In this document: positions 21,256 to 31,938 of the stretch, in pieces
Layout of the letters: every line of letters starts with the position of its first letter
Numbering within the stretch: the stretch's first letter is position 1
NCBI GenBank assembly: GCA_902566805.1
Contig: CACFKJ010000001.1
Coordinates: 7,325 to 71,324, forward strand
Length of the DNA: 64,000 nucleotides
Direction of reading: 5' to 3'
From: an uncultured Pelagibacteraceae bacterium
GTDB taxonomy: Bacteria; Pseudomonadota; Alphaproteobacteria; Pelagibacterales; Pelagibacteraceae
The notes under the pieces: model-generated
Told to the model about the DNA's origin: nothing
Databases searched by the model: none
The model's input: only the letters and a program-made list of their open reading frames with translations
Program-made: the position numbers and the translations under genes

Positions 21256-21986
21256 AAAAAATTTTAATTTTTTTTATATTCATAATATCTTTATTCTATA
21301 TTTTATCAGAATTTGTTGGTGATCGAATTATTAAAGGAACTTTAGAAACCAATATTTCAAATGTTTTAGATAGAGAAACTGTTATTGAAAATTTAAAGAT
21401 AAATTATCGTAATGGAGATGCAGAAATTTATGGATTACAAATAAAGAATAAAAATTTTGAAGGCTATCTTTTAAATTTAGAAAAAGCTTACTTAAAATTA
21501 GATACATCATCAATTTTTAGCAACAATGTAGAAATTGAAAGTGTCATATTAGATGGAATAAAATTAAATTATTTTTTTAATATCCAATATACTAAGGTTA
21601 CTGACAATGTTAGATCTTTAGAAAAAACGTTAGAAACTGGAAGTGGCAAATCAACAAGCACAAAATATTTTAATATAAAAAAATTAATTGCAAAAAATAT
21701 TGTTTTATATGTAAATTCTGATGAACTAAAAATTAATAAAAATATTTCATTACAAAATTTAGAATTTGAAAATGTTGGAAATACTCCAAATAGCAAAAAC
21801 TATAAAACTATACTTCGAGATTTTGCCGAGCAAACAATTAAAACTGTTAAAAAAAAGGTTTTGTCTGGAAACTTACAAAATAAATTAAAAAATATTGATG
21901 AAGATCAAATTAAAGAAAAATTAAAAAAAAAATTGGATAAAAATAAAAATAAACTTAAGAATAAACTTAAAAAATTACTTAACTAA
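21252..21986 (+). CDS. Membrane-anchored hypothetical protein, AsmA-like N-terminus
   Basis: N-terminal TM, beta-rich region (VEIESVILDG), Lys-rich coiled C-terminus. Confidence 0.55.
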   Translation: MKKILIFFIFIISLFYILSEFVGDRIIKGTLETNISNVLDRETVIENLKINYRNGDAEIYGLQIKNKNFEGYLLNLEKAYLKLDTSSIFSNNVEIESVILDGIKLNYFFNIQYTKVTDNVRSLEKTLETGSGKSTSTKYFNIKKLIAKNIVLYVNSDELKINKNISLQNLEFENVGNTPNSKNYKTILRDFAEQTIKTVKKKVLSGNLQNKLKNIDEDQIKEKLKKKLDKNKNKLKNKLKKLLN

Positions 21987-22730
21987 ATGAAAAAAATTTT
22001 GTTCTTAATAGTTTTAAGTTTTATATATTCTAATATAGCGATCAGTAATGATTGGAAAGTAAAAAATAAGTGGAAAGTCTCTTGTGGTATCGTAGATAAA
22101 GAGTCATTAGTAGTTAATGGCAAACCTAAAATAAAATATAATAAAAAAGAATTTAAACTTGAAAGTGTCGTATTTAAACTTGATAAAGGAGATGTTGGTA
22201 GTTGCCCTACAGATAAAAAATCTGCCGGAGGTTATCCATATTCTGGAAGACAAGAAATTACACATAGATTACCAATAGGTAATACAATTTTTGAAACTGA
22301 TTTATTGATTGAAGGTGCTCCTGCCGCAAGATCAACAATTTTTCAAATTCATGATGGAAGAAATAAAGGAGCCCCTCCATCCTGGGTTGGTGTTGGAGGA
22401 GATTGGAAAATTAAACATAAATTTCCAAAAGGACAATGTTCTTCAGAAAATTGTAAAATGTTTAAATTTTTATATTTAGAACCAGGAGAAAAATATAGAT
22501 TTAAAGCTGAAATTAATTATCAAAAAAAAGCTAAATTTTTATCAGCAAAATATTATCTAAATGATGAATTGATTCTCCAGCATTTGGATGTGCCATTGTC
22601 TAAAAAAAATACTGATGGACCATATGGACCTAGTAAACCGTATATAAAGATTGGAATTTATAGAATTGGCGAAACAGGCACAACAAGCTATGCTTATAAT
22701 AATTTAATAATTAAAAATAAAAAGAAATGA
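21987..22730 (+). CDS. Secreted polysaccharide-lyase-like protein (PL7-like motifs)
   Basis: Signal peptide, RQEI, TIFQIH, PYIKIGIYR, resembling the R-E / QIH / YFKAGxY motifs of jelly-roll lyases. Confidence 0.6.
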   Translation: MKKILFLIVLSFIYSNIAISNDWKVKNKWKVSCGIVDKESLVVNGKPKIKYNKKEFKLESVVFKLDKGDVGSCPTDKKSAGGYPYSGRQEITHRLPIGNTIFETDLLIEGAPAARSTIFQIHDGRNKGAPPSWVGVGGDWKIKHKFPKGQCSSENCKMFKFLYLEPGEKYRFKAEINYQKKAKFLSAKYYLNDELILQHLDVPLSKKNTDGPYGPSKPYIKIGIYRIGETGTTSYAYNNLIIKNKKK

Positions 22731-23179
22731 TAAAGATAAGCTTACCTTCTAAAATTGCATTTATTTTATCTGCAGTAGCGTCAATTATATTATCAATTTT
22801 TTTTATTTATAAAGGCTTTTTAGCCTATGTTATTCAGAAAGAACTTTATGGAGGTGGAATAGATGCTTTGGTTGCTTCCAGATGGGGTCTAGCAGGAATG
22901 CTAATTTTTTTAACTTTTTTATTTTTATTCTTTACAAGAATTAAAGATTTAAAAAGTCAAAAAATTATTTTAACAGGCATTTTTACAGGTTGGACCAGTA
23001 TTTGCATTGTTTTAATAATTGTTACACCTGGTTCTTATTATTTCATCGCTTTAACTGGTATATCTGCCTTAATAACTTTAATTTCATCAAGAATATTGGT
23101 TAAAAAAATTCAAGATGAAAAACATGAGTTAACTGAAAAAGAAATTTATTTGTTACAGCAATTGGCAAAAAAAAAATAG
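22727..23179 (+). CDS. Hypothetical 4-TM membrane protein
   Basis: Four hydrophobic segments; ATGA-coupled to the upstream gene. Confidence 0.7.
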   Translation: MIKISLPSKIAFILSAVASIILSIFFIYKGFLAYVIQKELYGGGIDALVASRWGLAGMLIFLTFLFLFFTRIKDLKSQKIILTGIFTGWTSICIVLIIVTPGSYYFIALTGISALITLISSRILVKKIQDEKHELTEKEIYLLQQLAKKK

Positions 23180-23186
23180 TTTTCTA

Positions 23187-24467
23187 TTAAGTCGCTTTTA
23201 TCGTTGGTATAGAATAAAAATCAGATGTATCTATTTTTGAAGAATACTCACGTCTCATGTTCCATTTTTTGTGAACCCCAGCACTTGCAAGACTGAGAGT
23301 TGATCTACCATATCTATAATTAGTACTGTCGATAGATCTCATTAAACTATTTATTTTTTCATCTTTTTCATTTGAAAATAAATTTTTTTCCCCTACAGAA
23401 TTTGATAACCCTGTGAGCATTACTCCTGCTTTTTGGTAACGATATCCATTTTTGAAAATACTTTCCAAAATAGCTAATGCAGTCTTGGAGGTTTCGATGC
23501 TATTATTTGTTGCTATTGGAAAGTCAATAGTTTTTGAATTTGAATAATATCCAAAGTTTCTTTGAAAAGGACTTGTTCTTACGAATACAGTTATTGCTTT
23601 TGCGACTAAAGACTCTGATCTTATTTTTTCAGATGCATTTAAACAATAATTTACAACTGCCTCTTTTAGTTCTTGAAATCTTTCTATTCTTTTTCCAAAT
23701 GATCTTGATACAACGCAACTTTTTCTTTTTGTTGTGGTTGTTTCTAAATCAATACACGAAATACCCCTTAATTCCATTGCAGTTCTGGAACCTAAAACAT
23801 TAGAACTTTTTTTAATCCAAGTATTGGATTTATTTTTAAGTTGTTTAGCATTATAAATTCCGTGCTTATGATAAAATTTTGTAAGTTGCTTACCTACACC
23901 CCAGACATCATTAATTTCCACTTTTTCAAGTATTGGATCTAAATTTTCTATTCCTATTAAACTTGTAACACCTGATTGTTTTTTCTTTGCGATATGATTT
24001 GCAACTTTACTTAAAGTTTTTGTTTTAGCAATACCTATACTAGTTGGAATTCCAGTCCATTGTAAAACAGTTGACCTAATTTCTTTACCTACTTTTTCAA
24101 CTTCATCATCAGAAAAATTTGATAAATCTAAAAACGCTTCATCAATAGAATAAACTTCTATATCAGAATTAAATCGTTTAAGTGTTCTCATCACTCTTCT
24201 AGACATATCACCGTATAAAGAATAATTTGATGAAAAAACTTGAACATTATTTTTAACAATTATATCTTTTTCTTTAAAATAAGGTTCTCCCATTTTAATA
24301 CCCAAAGCTTTTGCTTCATTAGATCTTGAAATAATACAACCGTCATTATTGGATAAAACTACAACAGGTTTTTTTCTTATTTTTGGATTGAATAATCTTT
24401 CACATGAAACATAGAAAGAATTACAATCAACTAATGCTATTTTTTTAGTATACCGAGTGAATGACAT
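23187..24467 (-). CDS. umuC: Y-family DNA polymerase V catalytic subunit
   Basis: DCNSFYVSCE, SNNDGC, SSNYSLYGDMS, YSIDEAF, SRSFG, KAGV, WNMRRE. Confidence 0.94.
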   Translation of the reverse strand: MSFTRYTKKIALVDCNSFYVSCERLFNPKIRKKPVVVLSNNDGCIISRSNEAKALGIKMGEPYFKEKDIIVKNNVQVFSSNYSLYGDMSRRVMRTLKRFNSDIEVYSIDEAFLDLSNFSDDEVEKVGKEIRSTVLQWTGIPTSIGIAKTKTLSKVANHIAKKKQSGVTSLIGIENLDPILEKVEINDVWGVGKQLTKFYHKHGIYNAKQLKNKSNTWIKKSSNVLGSRTAMELRGISCIDLETTTTKRKSCVVSRSFGKRIERFQELKEAVVNYCLNASEKIRSESLVAKAITVFVRTSPFQRNFGYYSNSKTIDFPIATNNSIETSKTALAILESIFKNGYRYQKAGVMLTGLSNSVGEKNLFSNEKDEKINSLMRSIDSTNYRYGRSTLSLASAGVHKKWNMRREYSSKIDTSDFYSIPTIKAT

Positions 24468-24840
24468 AAGTTACAACCCCCCAAATAAAAACATCTTCTT
24501 CTTCATTAATTAAAATTTTATCTTCAATTCTTTTTGAACCTGATGTTAAAAATTGCCTACCATTTTCTTTAACAAAAGTTTTAACAACAAGCTCATCGTG
24601 AACATTTGCAATGACTGTTGAGAAATTTTTTGGTTTTAAGCTTTTATCAACAACCAATATATCTCCATCATTAATACCAACATCAACCATTGATTTGCCC
24701 TGGACTCTGATTACAAATGTTGCTGGAACATTTTTTATTAAATGAACATTTAGATCTATGTCTTCCTCAATATAATCTGTGGCAGGAGAGGGAAATCCCG
24801 CTCCAGCTTTGTGTAAGTAGTATGGCACTGTTAGCTTCAT
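24445..24840 (-). CDS. umuD: UmuD (S24 autopeptidase)
   Basis: AGFPSPA cleavage site, GKSM Ser, VVKT Lys, IWGVV; ATG 24840 preferred because the longer ORF runs through the LexA box. Confidence 0.92.
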   Translation of the reverse strand: MKLTVPYYLHKAGAGFPSPATDYIEEDIDLNVHLIKNVPATFVIRVQGKSMVDVGINDGDILVVDKSLKPKNFSTVIANVHDELVVKTFVKENGRQFLTSGSKRIEDKILINEEEDVFIWGVVTYVIHSVY

Positions 24841-24844
24841 AAAT

Positions 24845-24859
24845 GTTCTTATTTTGTTC
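24845..24859 (-). promoter_or_regulatory. Alphaproteobacterial LexA (SOS) box upstream of umuDC
   Basis: GTTC-TTATTTT-GTTC, exact GTTC-N7-GTTC, 4 nt from the umuD start. Confidence 0.88.
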
Positions 24860-24913
24860 TTATTAATATATGAGTTATGCAATAGTGTCAATCAGGTTGT
24901 ATTTTGAGTCTAG

Positions 24914-24935
24914 AAGTGAATCAAAAGTGAATCAA
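24914..24935. repeat. Tandem 11-bp direct repeat AAGTGAATCAA x2
   Basis: AAGTGAATCAA at 24914-24924 and 24925-24935; each copy contains GANTC. Confidence 0.8.
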
Positions 24936-24967
24936 AACGAGAACACTTAAACCACATTTTGTACCCT

Positions 24968-24976
24968 TGTGGATAA
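24968..24976 (-). promoter_or_regulatory. Consensus DnaA-box sequence
   Basis: TGTGGATAA is the reverse complement of TTATCCACA; single copy, function unproven. Confidence 0.45.
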
Positions 24977-25009
24977 CTTAAACCAGAGATAGTTTAGCCA
25001 ATATTAAAT

Positions 25010-25375
25010 ATGAAAAAATTAACGTGTCATTGCGGAGAAGTTGAAGCAGAAGTTAATGTTCCTGAAGAGGGATTTAAAAAAGTTATGCGTTGTAATTGCT
25101 CAATCTGTAAAAGAAAAGGATACATAATAGGAGTAGTTGGATCAGAAGATTTTAAAATAGTTAAAGGTGAAGATTTTTTAACACTTTATCAATTCAAAAC
25201 TAAAACTGCTCAACATTATTTTTGTAAAGTATGTGGCATACACACTCACAACAGACCCAGAATTAATCCAAAAATATACGGCGTAAATATAGCATGTGTT
25301 GAAGGCGTTAAACCATTTGCAATAAAAGATGTTCCAGTAAATGACGGAGAAAACCACCCACTTGATCAAAAATAA
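25010..25375 (+). CDS. GFA/CENP-V family Zn-binding protein
   Basis: CHCG..CNCSIC..FCKVCG. Confidence 0.9.
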   Translation: MKKLTCHCGEVEAEVNVPEEGFKKVMRCNCSICKRKGYIIGVVGSEDFKIVKGEDFLTLYQFKTKTAQHYFCKVCGIHTHNRPRINPKIYGVNIACVEGVKPFAIKDVPVNDGENHPLDQK

Positions 25376-26670
25376 TGAAAAAAATATTTTTAATTACTAT
25401 AATTTTAATGCTTAATTCAAATACTGTTTATGCAGTTACATTACTTGATGCAATTAAACTGACATTTAAAAATAATACAGAGTTAAATGCTGAACGTGAA
25501 AATATTAATGTTTCCAAAGAAGATTTAAATATATCTAAAGCTGATTACTTTCCATCATTAACGATTACAGGTTCTAAGAGCAATGAAGAGACAAACAAAC
25601 TTACTAATCAAGGAGGGGGAGATGCATCAATTTCAGATGTAGATCCTTTTACAACATCTATAAAATTAGAGCAAACATTAGTTGATTTTGGAAGAGGTGC
25701 AGAATATAAAAAAAATAAAATAGGAATTGATCTTGCGGAATCTAAATTATTAAAAAAAGAGCAGGACATAATCTATAAAGCAATTGAAACTTTTACAGGT
25801 TTAATTTTTGCTAGAGAGAAATTATCAATCAACCAAAGAAATTTAAATTTGTTGGAAAGACAAGTTGAAACTGACTCATTAAGATTAGAAAGAGGACAAA
25901 TTACAATCTCTGACTTAGCTCAGTCAGAATCATCATTAGCTGGAGCTAGGGCACAATATATTCAGGCTCAAAATGATGTAGTAACCAATAAATTAAATTA
26001 TGAAAATATTATTGGTAGTATCAATGAAATAAATGATTTAAATAAATCTCTTGAGGTGATAGTAGAAATACCTCAAAGTCTCAAAAGTGCTATTGATCTG
26101 TCCAAAGCCAATAACCCTGATATACAAATTGCAAAATATGAGTTAGATCAAACAGAAAAAGATATAAAAATTGCAAAGTCTGATCTTGCTCCTTCCGTCA
26201 CTTTATCGTTAGAAAGATCTTATTCTGATGATCTTAGCTCAACATACGATGAGAGAGAAAAAGATGTTTTAAAAGCTACAGTTAGTTGGCCTTTTTACTC
26301 TGGAGGATCAAATATAGCTAAAGTTAATAAAAATCAAAGTTTAAAAAATAGAAAAAAACTTTTATTAGATAATGCTATTAAATCAAATCAATCCAATGTG
26401 GCTAGTGCATGGTCAAATTTACAATCTTCAGAAAGCTTATTAACTTCTGTGAGGTCTCAAGTTAAAGCTGCGGAAATTGCAAACGAAGGAATCTCAGCAG
26501 AATACGAAAGAGGCTCAGGCAGAACTACTTTGGATGTAATTCAATCTAATGCTTTACTATTAAATGCACAGATATCCTTAGCGAATTCTGAAAGAAATTA
26601 TATTTTAGCACAATATAATCTGCTGAAATCTGTTGGCTTGTTAAATAGCACCTATCTAAAACTTAAGTAA
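25375..26670 (+). CDS. tolC: TolC family outer membrane channel
   Basis: Signal peptide, two OEP repeats (YFPSL / LAPSV, GQIT / GRTTLDV). Confidence 0.88.
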   Translation: MKKIFLITIILMLNSNTVYAVTLLDAIKLTFKNNTELNAERENINVSKEDLNISKADYFPSLTITGSKSNEETNKLTNQGGGDASISDVDPFTTSIKLEQTLVDFGRGAEYKKNKIGIDLAESKLLKKEQDIIYKAIETFTGLIFAREKLSINQRNLNLLERQVETDSLRLERGQITISDLAQSESSLAGARAQYIQAQNDVVTNKLNYENIIGSINEINDLNKSLEVIVEIPQSLKSAIDLSKANNPDIQIAKYELDQTEKDIKIAKSDLAPSVTLSLERSYSDDLSSTYDEREKDVLKATVSWPFYSGGSNIAKVNKNQSLKNRKKLLLDNAIKSNQSNVASAWSNLQSSESLLTSVRSQVKAAEIANEGISAEYERGSGRTTLDVIQSNALLLNAQISLANSERNYILAQYNLLKSVGLLNSTYLKLK

Positions 26671-26714
26671 ATTGAGCATTTTTAGTCTTTTTTTAATTAT
26701 TGTATTGCTAATGA

Positions 26715-26729
26715 GAACAAAATGTGTAC
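26715..26729 (+). promoter_or_regulatory. LexA (SOS) box upstream of recA
   Basis: GAAC-AAAATGT-GTAC, the GAAC-N7-GTAC form typical of alphaproteobacterial recA promoters. Confidence 0.85.
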
Positions 26730-26779
26730 ATTTAAATCAATGATTCGAGTGTTAAAAAACAAAAAAAAAGAGGCAAAAA

Positions 26780-27901
26780 ATGACAAAAAATAACTTAAAA
26801 GTGGTCAAATCCACAAAAGAGAAAGAATTGGAAAATAAAGAAAAAAATAAAGCGTTAGACGCAGCTATTAGCCAAATCACAGATACATTTGGAAAAGGCT
26901 CAGTAATGAAACTTGGTCAACAAAAAGCTATGGATGTTGAGTCAATTTCAACAGGATCTTTAAGTTTGGATCTTGCGCTTGGTATTGGTGGATTACCGAA
27001 AGGAAGAATTATTGAAATATATGGTCCAGAGTCTTCTGGTAAAACAACACTTGCTCTTCAAGTTGTTGCTGAAGCACAAAAAGCAGGTGGAATTTGTGGA
27101 TTTGTTGATGCAGAGCACGCTTTAGACCCAGTTTATGCTAAGAAATTAGGTGTAAATACTGAAGAATTGTTAATTTCTCAACCAGATACTGGTGAACAAG
27201 CTTTAGAAATTACTGATACATTAATTAAGTCTGGCTCAATGTCAGTTCTAGTTGTTGACTCAGTTGCAGCTTTAACACCAAGGGCAGAAATTGAAGGAGA
27301 TATGGGAGATCATCATGTTGGTCTTCAAGCTAGATTGATGAGCCAAGCTCTTAGGAAGCTAACAGGATCAATTTCAAGAACAAATACAATGGTTATTTTC
27401 ATTAATCAAATTAGAATGAAAATAGGTGTAATGTTCGGAAGTCCTGAAACTACATCAGGAGGTAATTCACTAAAATTTTATTCTTCAGTCAGAATGGATA
27501 TTAGAAGAATAGGAGCTATTAAAGATAAAGAACAAATTATTGGAAACTCTACAAGGGTAAAAGTAGTTAAAAATAAAGTTGCTCCTCCATTTAAAGTTGT
27601 AGAATTTGATTTGATGTATGGAAAAGGTATTAGCAAAACAGGAGAATTAATTGATCTTGGAGCAAAAGCTGAAATTGTTGAGAAGTCAGGCGCTTGGTAT
27701 GCTTACAAAGGTGAAAAAATAGGACAAGGAAAAGAGAATGCTAAACTTTATCTTGAGCAAAATCCTAAGGCAGCTGCTGAAATTGAGATGGCGATTAGAG
27801 AAAAAGCTGGTCTAATTTCAAAAAAAATTGAAGGAAACCCAATAGATGAGGATAAAGCAAAGCCTGAAATATCAGAAGAAAGTCCATCTAAAAAGAATTA
27901 A
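26780..27901 (+). CDS. recA: Recombinase A
   Basis: [33 protein letters not shown]; no intein. Confidence 0.99.
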   Translation: MTKNNLKVVKSTKEKELENKEKNKALDAAISQITDTFGKGSVMKLGQQKAMDVESISTGSLSLDLALGIGGLPKGRIIEIYGPESSGKTTLALQVVAEAQKAGGICGFVDAEHALDPVYAKKLGVNTEELLISQPDTGEQALEITDTLIKSGSMSVLVVDSVAALTPRAEIEGDMGDHHVGLQARLMSQALRKLTGSISRTNTMVIFINQIRMKIGVMFGSPETTSGGNSLKFYSSVRMDIRRIGAIKDKEQIIGNSTRVKVVKNKVAPPFKVVEFDLMYGKGISKTGELIDLGAKAEIVEKSGAWYAYKGEKIGQGKENAKLYLEQNPKAAAEIEMAIREKAGLISKKIEGNPIDEDKAKPEISEESPSKKN

Positions 27902-27914
27902 CTTTTAGTTATCT

Positions 27915-27944
27915 AAAAAGGCGCTTAATTTAAGCGCCTTTTTT
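27915..27944 (+). terminator. Rho-independent terminator after recA
   Basis: AAAAAGGCGCTTA-att-TAAGCGCCTTTTTT. Confidence 0.9.
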
Positions 27945-27990
27945 CCCAACACAACCTAGACATAGAAAAAAAAAGCTGTATTTTAAAAGT

Positions 27991-30657
27991 ATGGCGGATA
28001 AATCATTAAATGAGATAAGAAATTCGTTTCTCAAATATTTTGAGAAAAATGGCCATACTATTGTTGAGTCTAGTAATTTAGTTCCAAATAATGATCCAAC
28101 TTTAATGTTTGCAAATTCAGGAATGGTACAATTTAAAAATGTATTTACAGGTTTAGAAAAAAGAGACTATTTAAGAGCTACGACTTCTCAAAAATGTGTT
28201 AGAGCAGGTGGAAAACATAATGACCTAGAAAATGTTGGATACACTCCAAGACATCACACTTTTTTTGAGATGCTGGGAAATTTTTCATTCGGAGACTATT
28301 TTAAAGAAAGCGCAATTGAACTTGCATGGAATCTAATAACAAAAAATTTTGGGTTAGATAAAAATAGGCTTTATTTCACAGTTTTTAATGAAGATGATGA
28401 AGCTTTTAATCTTTGGAAAAAAATAAGTGGTCTTGGAGAAAATAGAATAATTAAGATTTCTACATCTGATAATTTTTGGTCAATGGGCGAAACTGGACCA
28501 TGTGGACCATGTTCAGAAATATTTTATGATCATGGAGATCATTTAAAAGGTGGTTTACCTGGCACCAAAGAACAAGATGGTGATAGGTATATAGAAATTT
28601 GGAACCTGGTATTTATGCAATTTGAGCAAATTTCAAAAGATAAAAGAATTAATCTACCAAAACCATCAGTAGATACTGGTATGGGACTTGAAAGAATTGC
28701 AGCATTGCTTCAAGGAACACATGATAATTATAAAACAGATCATTTCTTAAAATTAATTAATTCAATCTCTGATGTAGTTAAGGTTAAACCAGAAGAAAAA
28801 AATTTATCTAGTTTTAGAGTAATTGCTGATCATTTAAGAGCAAGTTCATTTTTAATCGCGGAAGGAGTTTTACCTTCTAATGAAGGTAGAGGCTATGTTC
28901 TAAGAAGAATTATGAGAAGAGGCATGAGACATTCTCACTTATTAGGTTCAAAACAACCTATCTTCTTCAATATTTTTAAAACCTTAGTCGAAGAAATGTC
29001 AGGAAATTATCCAGAACTAATAAGAGCAGACTCTTTAATTAAAGAAACCTTGAGAATGGAAGAAGAAAAGTTTTTAGTATTACTTGATAGAGGAATGAAA
29101 ATTTTAAATGATGAAATTTTAAAATTTAAAAAAGTTTTACCTGGTGAAGTTGCATTTAAACTTTATGATACCTATGGATTCCCACTTGACCTAACTGAAG
29201 ATATTTTAAAAAGCAAATCCTTAACCTTAGATCATAAAAAATTTTCTGAGCTTATGAATAAAAGTAGAGAGTTAGCTAAAAAAAATTGGAAAGGTTCAGG
29301 TGATAGCTCTGTTGAAGAGATTTGGTTTAATATTAAAGATAAATTACAACCAACTGAATTTTTGGGTTATGCAACTAATCAAGCTGAGGGAGTCATTCTA
29401 TCTTTAATTAAAAAAGGAAAAGAAGTTGATGAATTAAAACTAGGTGATGAAGGAATGATTATACTTAATCAAACCCCTTTTTATGGAGAGTCAGGTGGAC
29501 AAGTAGGTGATACAGGAATAATTACCAATGGAAAGTTTAAATTTATTGTTAATGATGTTCAAAAAAAATTAGGCGATCTACATGTTCATTATGGAAAAGT
29601 TGAAAGTGGATCAATAGCATTAAAGGAAAATGTAGAAATGAAAATAGATGTTGTAAGAAGAAATAATATTAGAGCTTATCATTCTGCTACCCATCTACTA
29701 CATGAGTCTTTAAGAAGAGTTTTGGGAAAACATGTTACACAAAAAGGATCATTGGTAGCACCTGATAGACTGAGGTTTGATTTTAGCCACATGAAACCAA
29801 TTTCGGATGAAGAAATGAATAAAATTGAAAATCACGTGAATCAAATGGTTCAGACAAATTCAGATGTTAGAACAAGACTAATGACTCCAAAAGAAGCAGT
29901 GGATAATGGAGCTCTTGCTCTTTTTGGGGAAAAATATGGTGAAGAAGTTAGAGTTTTATCAATGGGCACGGAAGAAAGTAATTATTTTTCAACAGAGTTA
30001 TGCGGAGGAACACATGTTAAAAATACAGGTGATATTGGAAAATTTAAAATTGTAAGCCAATCATCTATAGCAGCAGGAATTAGAAGAATAGAAGCTTTAA
30101 GAGACAAGCAATTAGAAGAATATTTAACTAAAAAGGAAAAATTATCAGATTTATCAAATCAAAAAAATGAAGAATTGATAAAAAATATTTCTGAAGAGAT
30201 AAGACAACTTGGTGGTAAACCGAATGTAAATAATAATAATCAAAAGGATTTAATAAAAGATCTAACCAAGCAACTTGATAATCTTACTATTCAAAATATT
30301 TTAAATGATAAAACAAAGAATATTATAAAAGATGATTTAATAAATGGAACTAAAGTTAGATTTCAAAAAATAATTGATCTTCCACCAAAAGATTTAAGAA
30401 AATTAGTTGATAATGGAAAAAAAGAAATTGGAGAAGGTATTGTGATTATATTCGCTATTAAAGAAGATAAAGTGGGATTAGCAGTAGGTGTGACTGAAAA
30501 AATCAAAGATAAATTCGATGCAGTTAAATTTGCCAAAATTGGTTCAGAAATCGTAGGGGGCAATGGAGGAGGAGGAAGATCTGATTTTGCACAAGCTGGT
30601 GGAAATGATAAAAGTAAAATAGATGAAGCTTTTGAAAAGTTAAAATCTTTAATTTAG
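27991..30657 (+). CDS. alaS: Alanine--tRNA ligase
   Basis: [45 protein letters not shown]. Confidence 0.99.
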   Translation: MADKSLNEIRNSFLKYFEKNGHTIVESSNLVPNNDPTLMFANSGMVQFKNVFTGLEKRDYLRATTSQKCVRAGGKHNDLENVGYTPRHHTFFEMLGNFSFGDYFKESAIELAWNLITKNFGLDKNRLYFTVFNEDDEAFNLWKKISGLGENRIIKISTSDNFWSMGETGPCGPCSEIFYDHGDHLKGGLPGTKEQDGDRYIEIWNLVFMQFEQISKDKRINLPKPSVDTGMGLERIAALLQGTHDNYKTDHFLKLINSISDVVKVKPEEKNLSSFRVIADHLRASSFLIAEGVLPSNEGRGYVLRRIMRRGMRHSHLLGSKQPIFFNIFKTLVEEMSGNYPELIRADSLIKETLRMEEEKFLVLLDRGMKILNDEILKFKKVLPGEVAFKLYDTYGFPLDLTEDILKSKSLTLDHKKFSELMNKSRELAKKNWKGSGDSSVEEIWFNIKDKLQPTEFLGYATNQAEGVILSLIKKGKEVDELKLGDEGMIILNQTPFYGESGGQVGDTGIITNGKFKFIVNDVQKKLGDLHVHYGKVESGSIALKENVEMKIDVVRRNNIRAYHSATHLLHESLRRVLGKHVTQKGSLVAPDRLRFDFSHMKPISDEEMNKIENHVNQMVQTNSDVRTRLMTPKEAVDNGALALFGEKYGEEVRVLSMGTEESNYFSTELCGGTHVKNTGDIGKFKIVSQSSIAAGIRRIEALRDKQLEEYLTKKEKLSDLSNQKNEELIKNISEEIRQLGGKPNVNNNNQKDLIKDLTKQLDNLTIQNILNDKTKNIIKDDLINGTKVRFQKIIDLPPKDLRKLVDNGKKEIGEGIVIIFAIKEDKVGLAVGVTEKIKDKFDAVKFAKIGSEIVGGNGGGGRSDFAQAGGNDKSKIDEAFEKLKSLI

Positions 30658-31863
30658 TTTTTTCTTTAAGTTGCCATCCAAAACGTCTAAAAATTGGTTA
30701 GTAGTTAGATATTTAGTAGATGGTCCAATTAAAATCGCTAGATCTTTTGTCATAGATCCAGACTCAACAGTTTCAACACATACTTTTTCTAAGTTTTTTA
30801 CAAACTTTTTTAAATCTTCATTGCCGTCAATTTTACCTCTGTGGTACAAGCCTCTTGCCCAAGCAAAGATTGAGGCAATTGGGTTAGTTGAGGTTTCTTT
30901 ACCTTGTTGATGCAACCTGTAGTGTCTTGTTACAGTCCCATGTGCAGCTTCAGACTCTATGGTTTTTCCATCTGGTGTCATTAGTACACTGGTCATTAAT
31001 CCAAGAGATCCAAATCCTTGTGCTACAGTATCTGATTGAACATCACCATCATAATTTTTACATGCCCAAATATAATTTCCATTCCACTTCATTGCACATG
31101 CAACCATGTCATCGATTAACCTATGTTCGTAGGTTATATTTCTTTCCTCAAATTTTTTTTTAAACTCTTGATCATAAACTTCTTCAAACAAATCTTTAAA
31201 TCTACCATCGTATTTTTTTAATATTGTATTTTTTGTTGATAAATAAACAGGCCATTTTCTATTAAGACCATAATTCATACATGCTCTTGCAAAATCTTTT
31301 ATCGATCTATCTAAATTATACATTGATAATGCAACACCTGGTCCAGGAAATTCAAATACTTCAAATTCTTTTTTTTCTTTTCCATCTTCAGATGTCCATT
31401 TCATTTCTAACTTTCCTTTGCCTGGTACCTTAAAGTCAGTGGCTCTATATTGATCTCCAAACGCATGTCTTCCAATACATATAGGATTTGTCCAACTAGG
31501 AACTAATTTGGGAACATTTTTGCAAATTATTGGTTCTCTAAAAACAGTACCTCCCAAAATATTTCTTATTGTTCCATTCGGAGATCTCCACATTTTTTTT
31601 AATTCAAATTCTTTTACTCTTAATTCATCAGGTGTAATTGTTGCACACTTTATTCCAACACCATTTTTTTTAATTGCATTAGCACATTCAATCGTTACTT
31701 GATCATTTGTTTTGTCTCTATTTTTTATACCAAGGTCATAGTATTCAATTCCTAAATCAAGATATGGGAGTATTAGCTTGTTTTTAATGAACTCCCAGAT
31801 AACCCTGGTCATTTCATCACCATCTAGCTCTACAATTGGATTTTTTACCTTTATTTTACTCAT
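30649..31863 (-). CDS. icd: NADP-dependent isocitrate dehydrogenase (type II)
   Basis: [42 protein letters not shown]. Confidence 0.98.
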   Translation of the reverse strand: MSKIKVKNPIVELDGDEMTRVIWEFIKNKLILPYLDLGIEYYDLGIKNRDKTNDQVTIECANAIKKNGVGIKCATITPDELRVKEFELKKMWRSPNGTIRNILGGTVFREPIICKNVPKLVPSWTNPICIGRHAFGDQYRATDFKVPGKGKLEMKWTSEDGKEKKEFEVFEFPGPGVALSMYNLDRSIKDFARACMNYGLNRKWPVYLSTKNTILKKYDGRFKDLFEEVYDQEFKKKFEERNITYEHRLIDDMVACAMKWNGNYIWACKNYDGDVQSDTVAQGFGSLGLMTSVLMTPDGKTIESEAAHGTVTRHYRLHQQGKETSTNPIASIFAWARGLYHRGKIDGNEDLKKFVKNLEKVCVETVESGSMTKDLAILIGPSTKYLTTNQFLDVLDGNLKKKLN

Positions 31864-31938
31864 TATTTAGATGTATCTTAATAATTGAATTTAGATAATT
31901 TATATACATATTAATCAAAAATTAGCAAATAAACGATT

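Noticed and set aside
24841-24891. ORF-track N-terminal extensions (umuD 24891, pepP 3316, pxpA 41727, oxygenase 50069, small ORF 62509)
   Set aside because: They overlap neighbouring genes or regulatory sites; family similarity starts at the downstream ATG
24914-24976. CRISPR array or replication origin
   Set aside because: Only two 11-bp units without spacers, no cas genes, a single DnaA box and no oriC-typical gene context
19925-25009. Prophage or integrative element around nuclease/umuDC
   Set aside because: No integrase, att-like repeats, tRNA target or phage structural genes; composition matches the host
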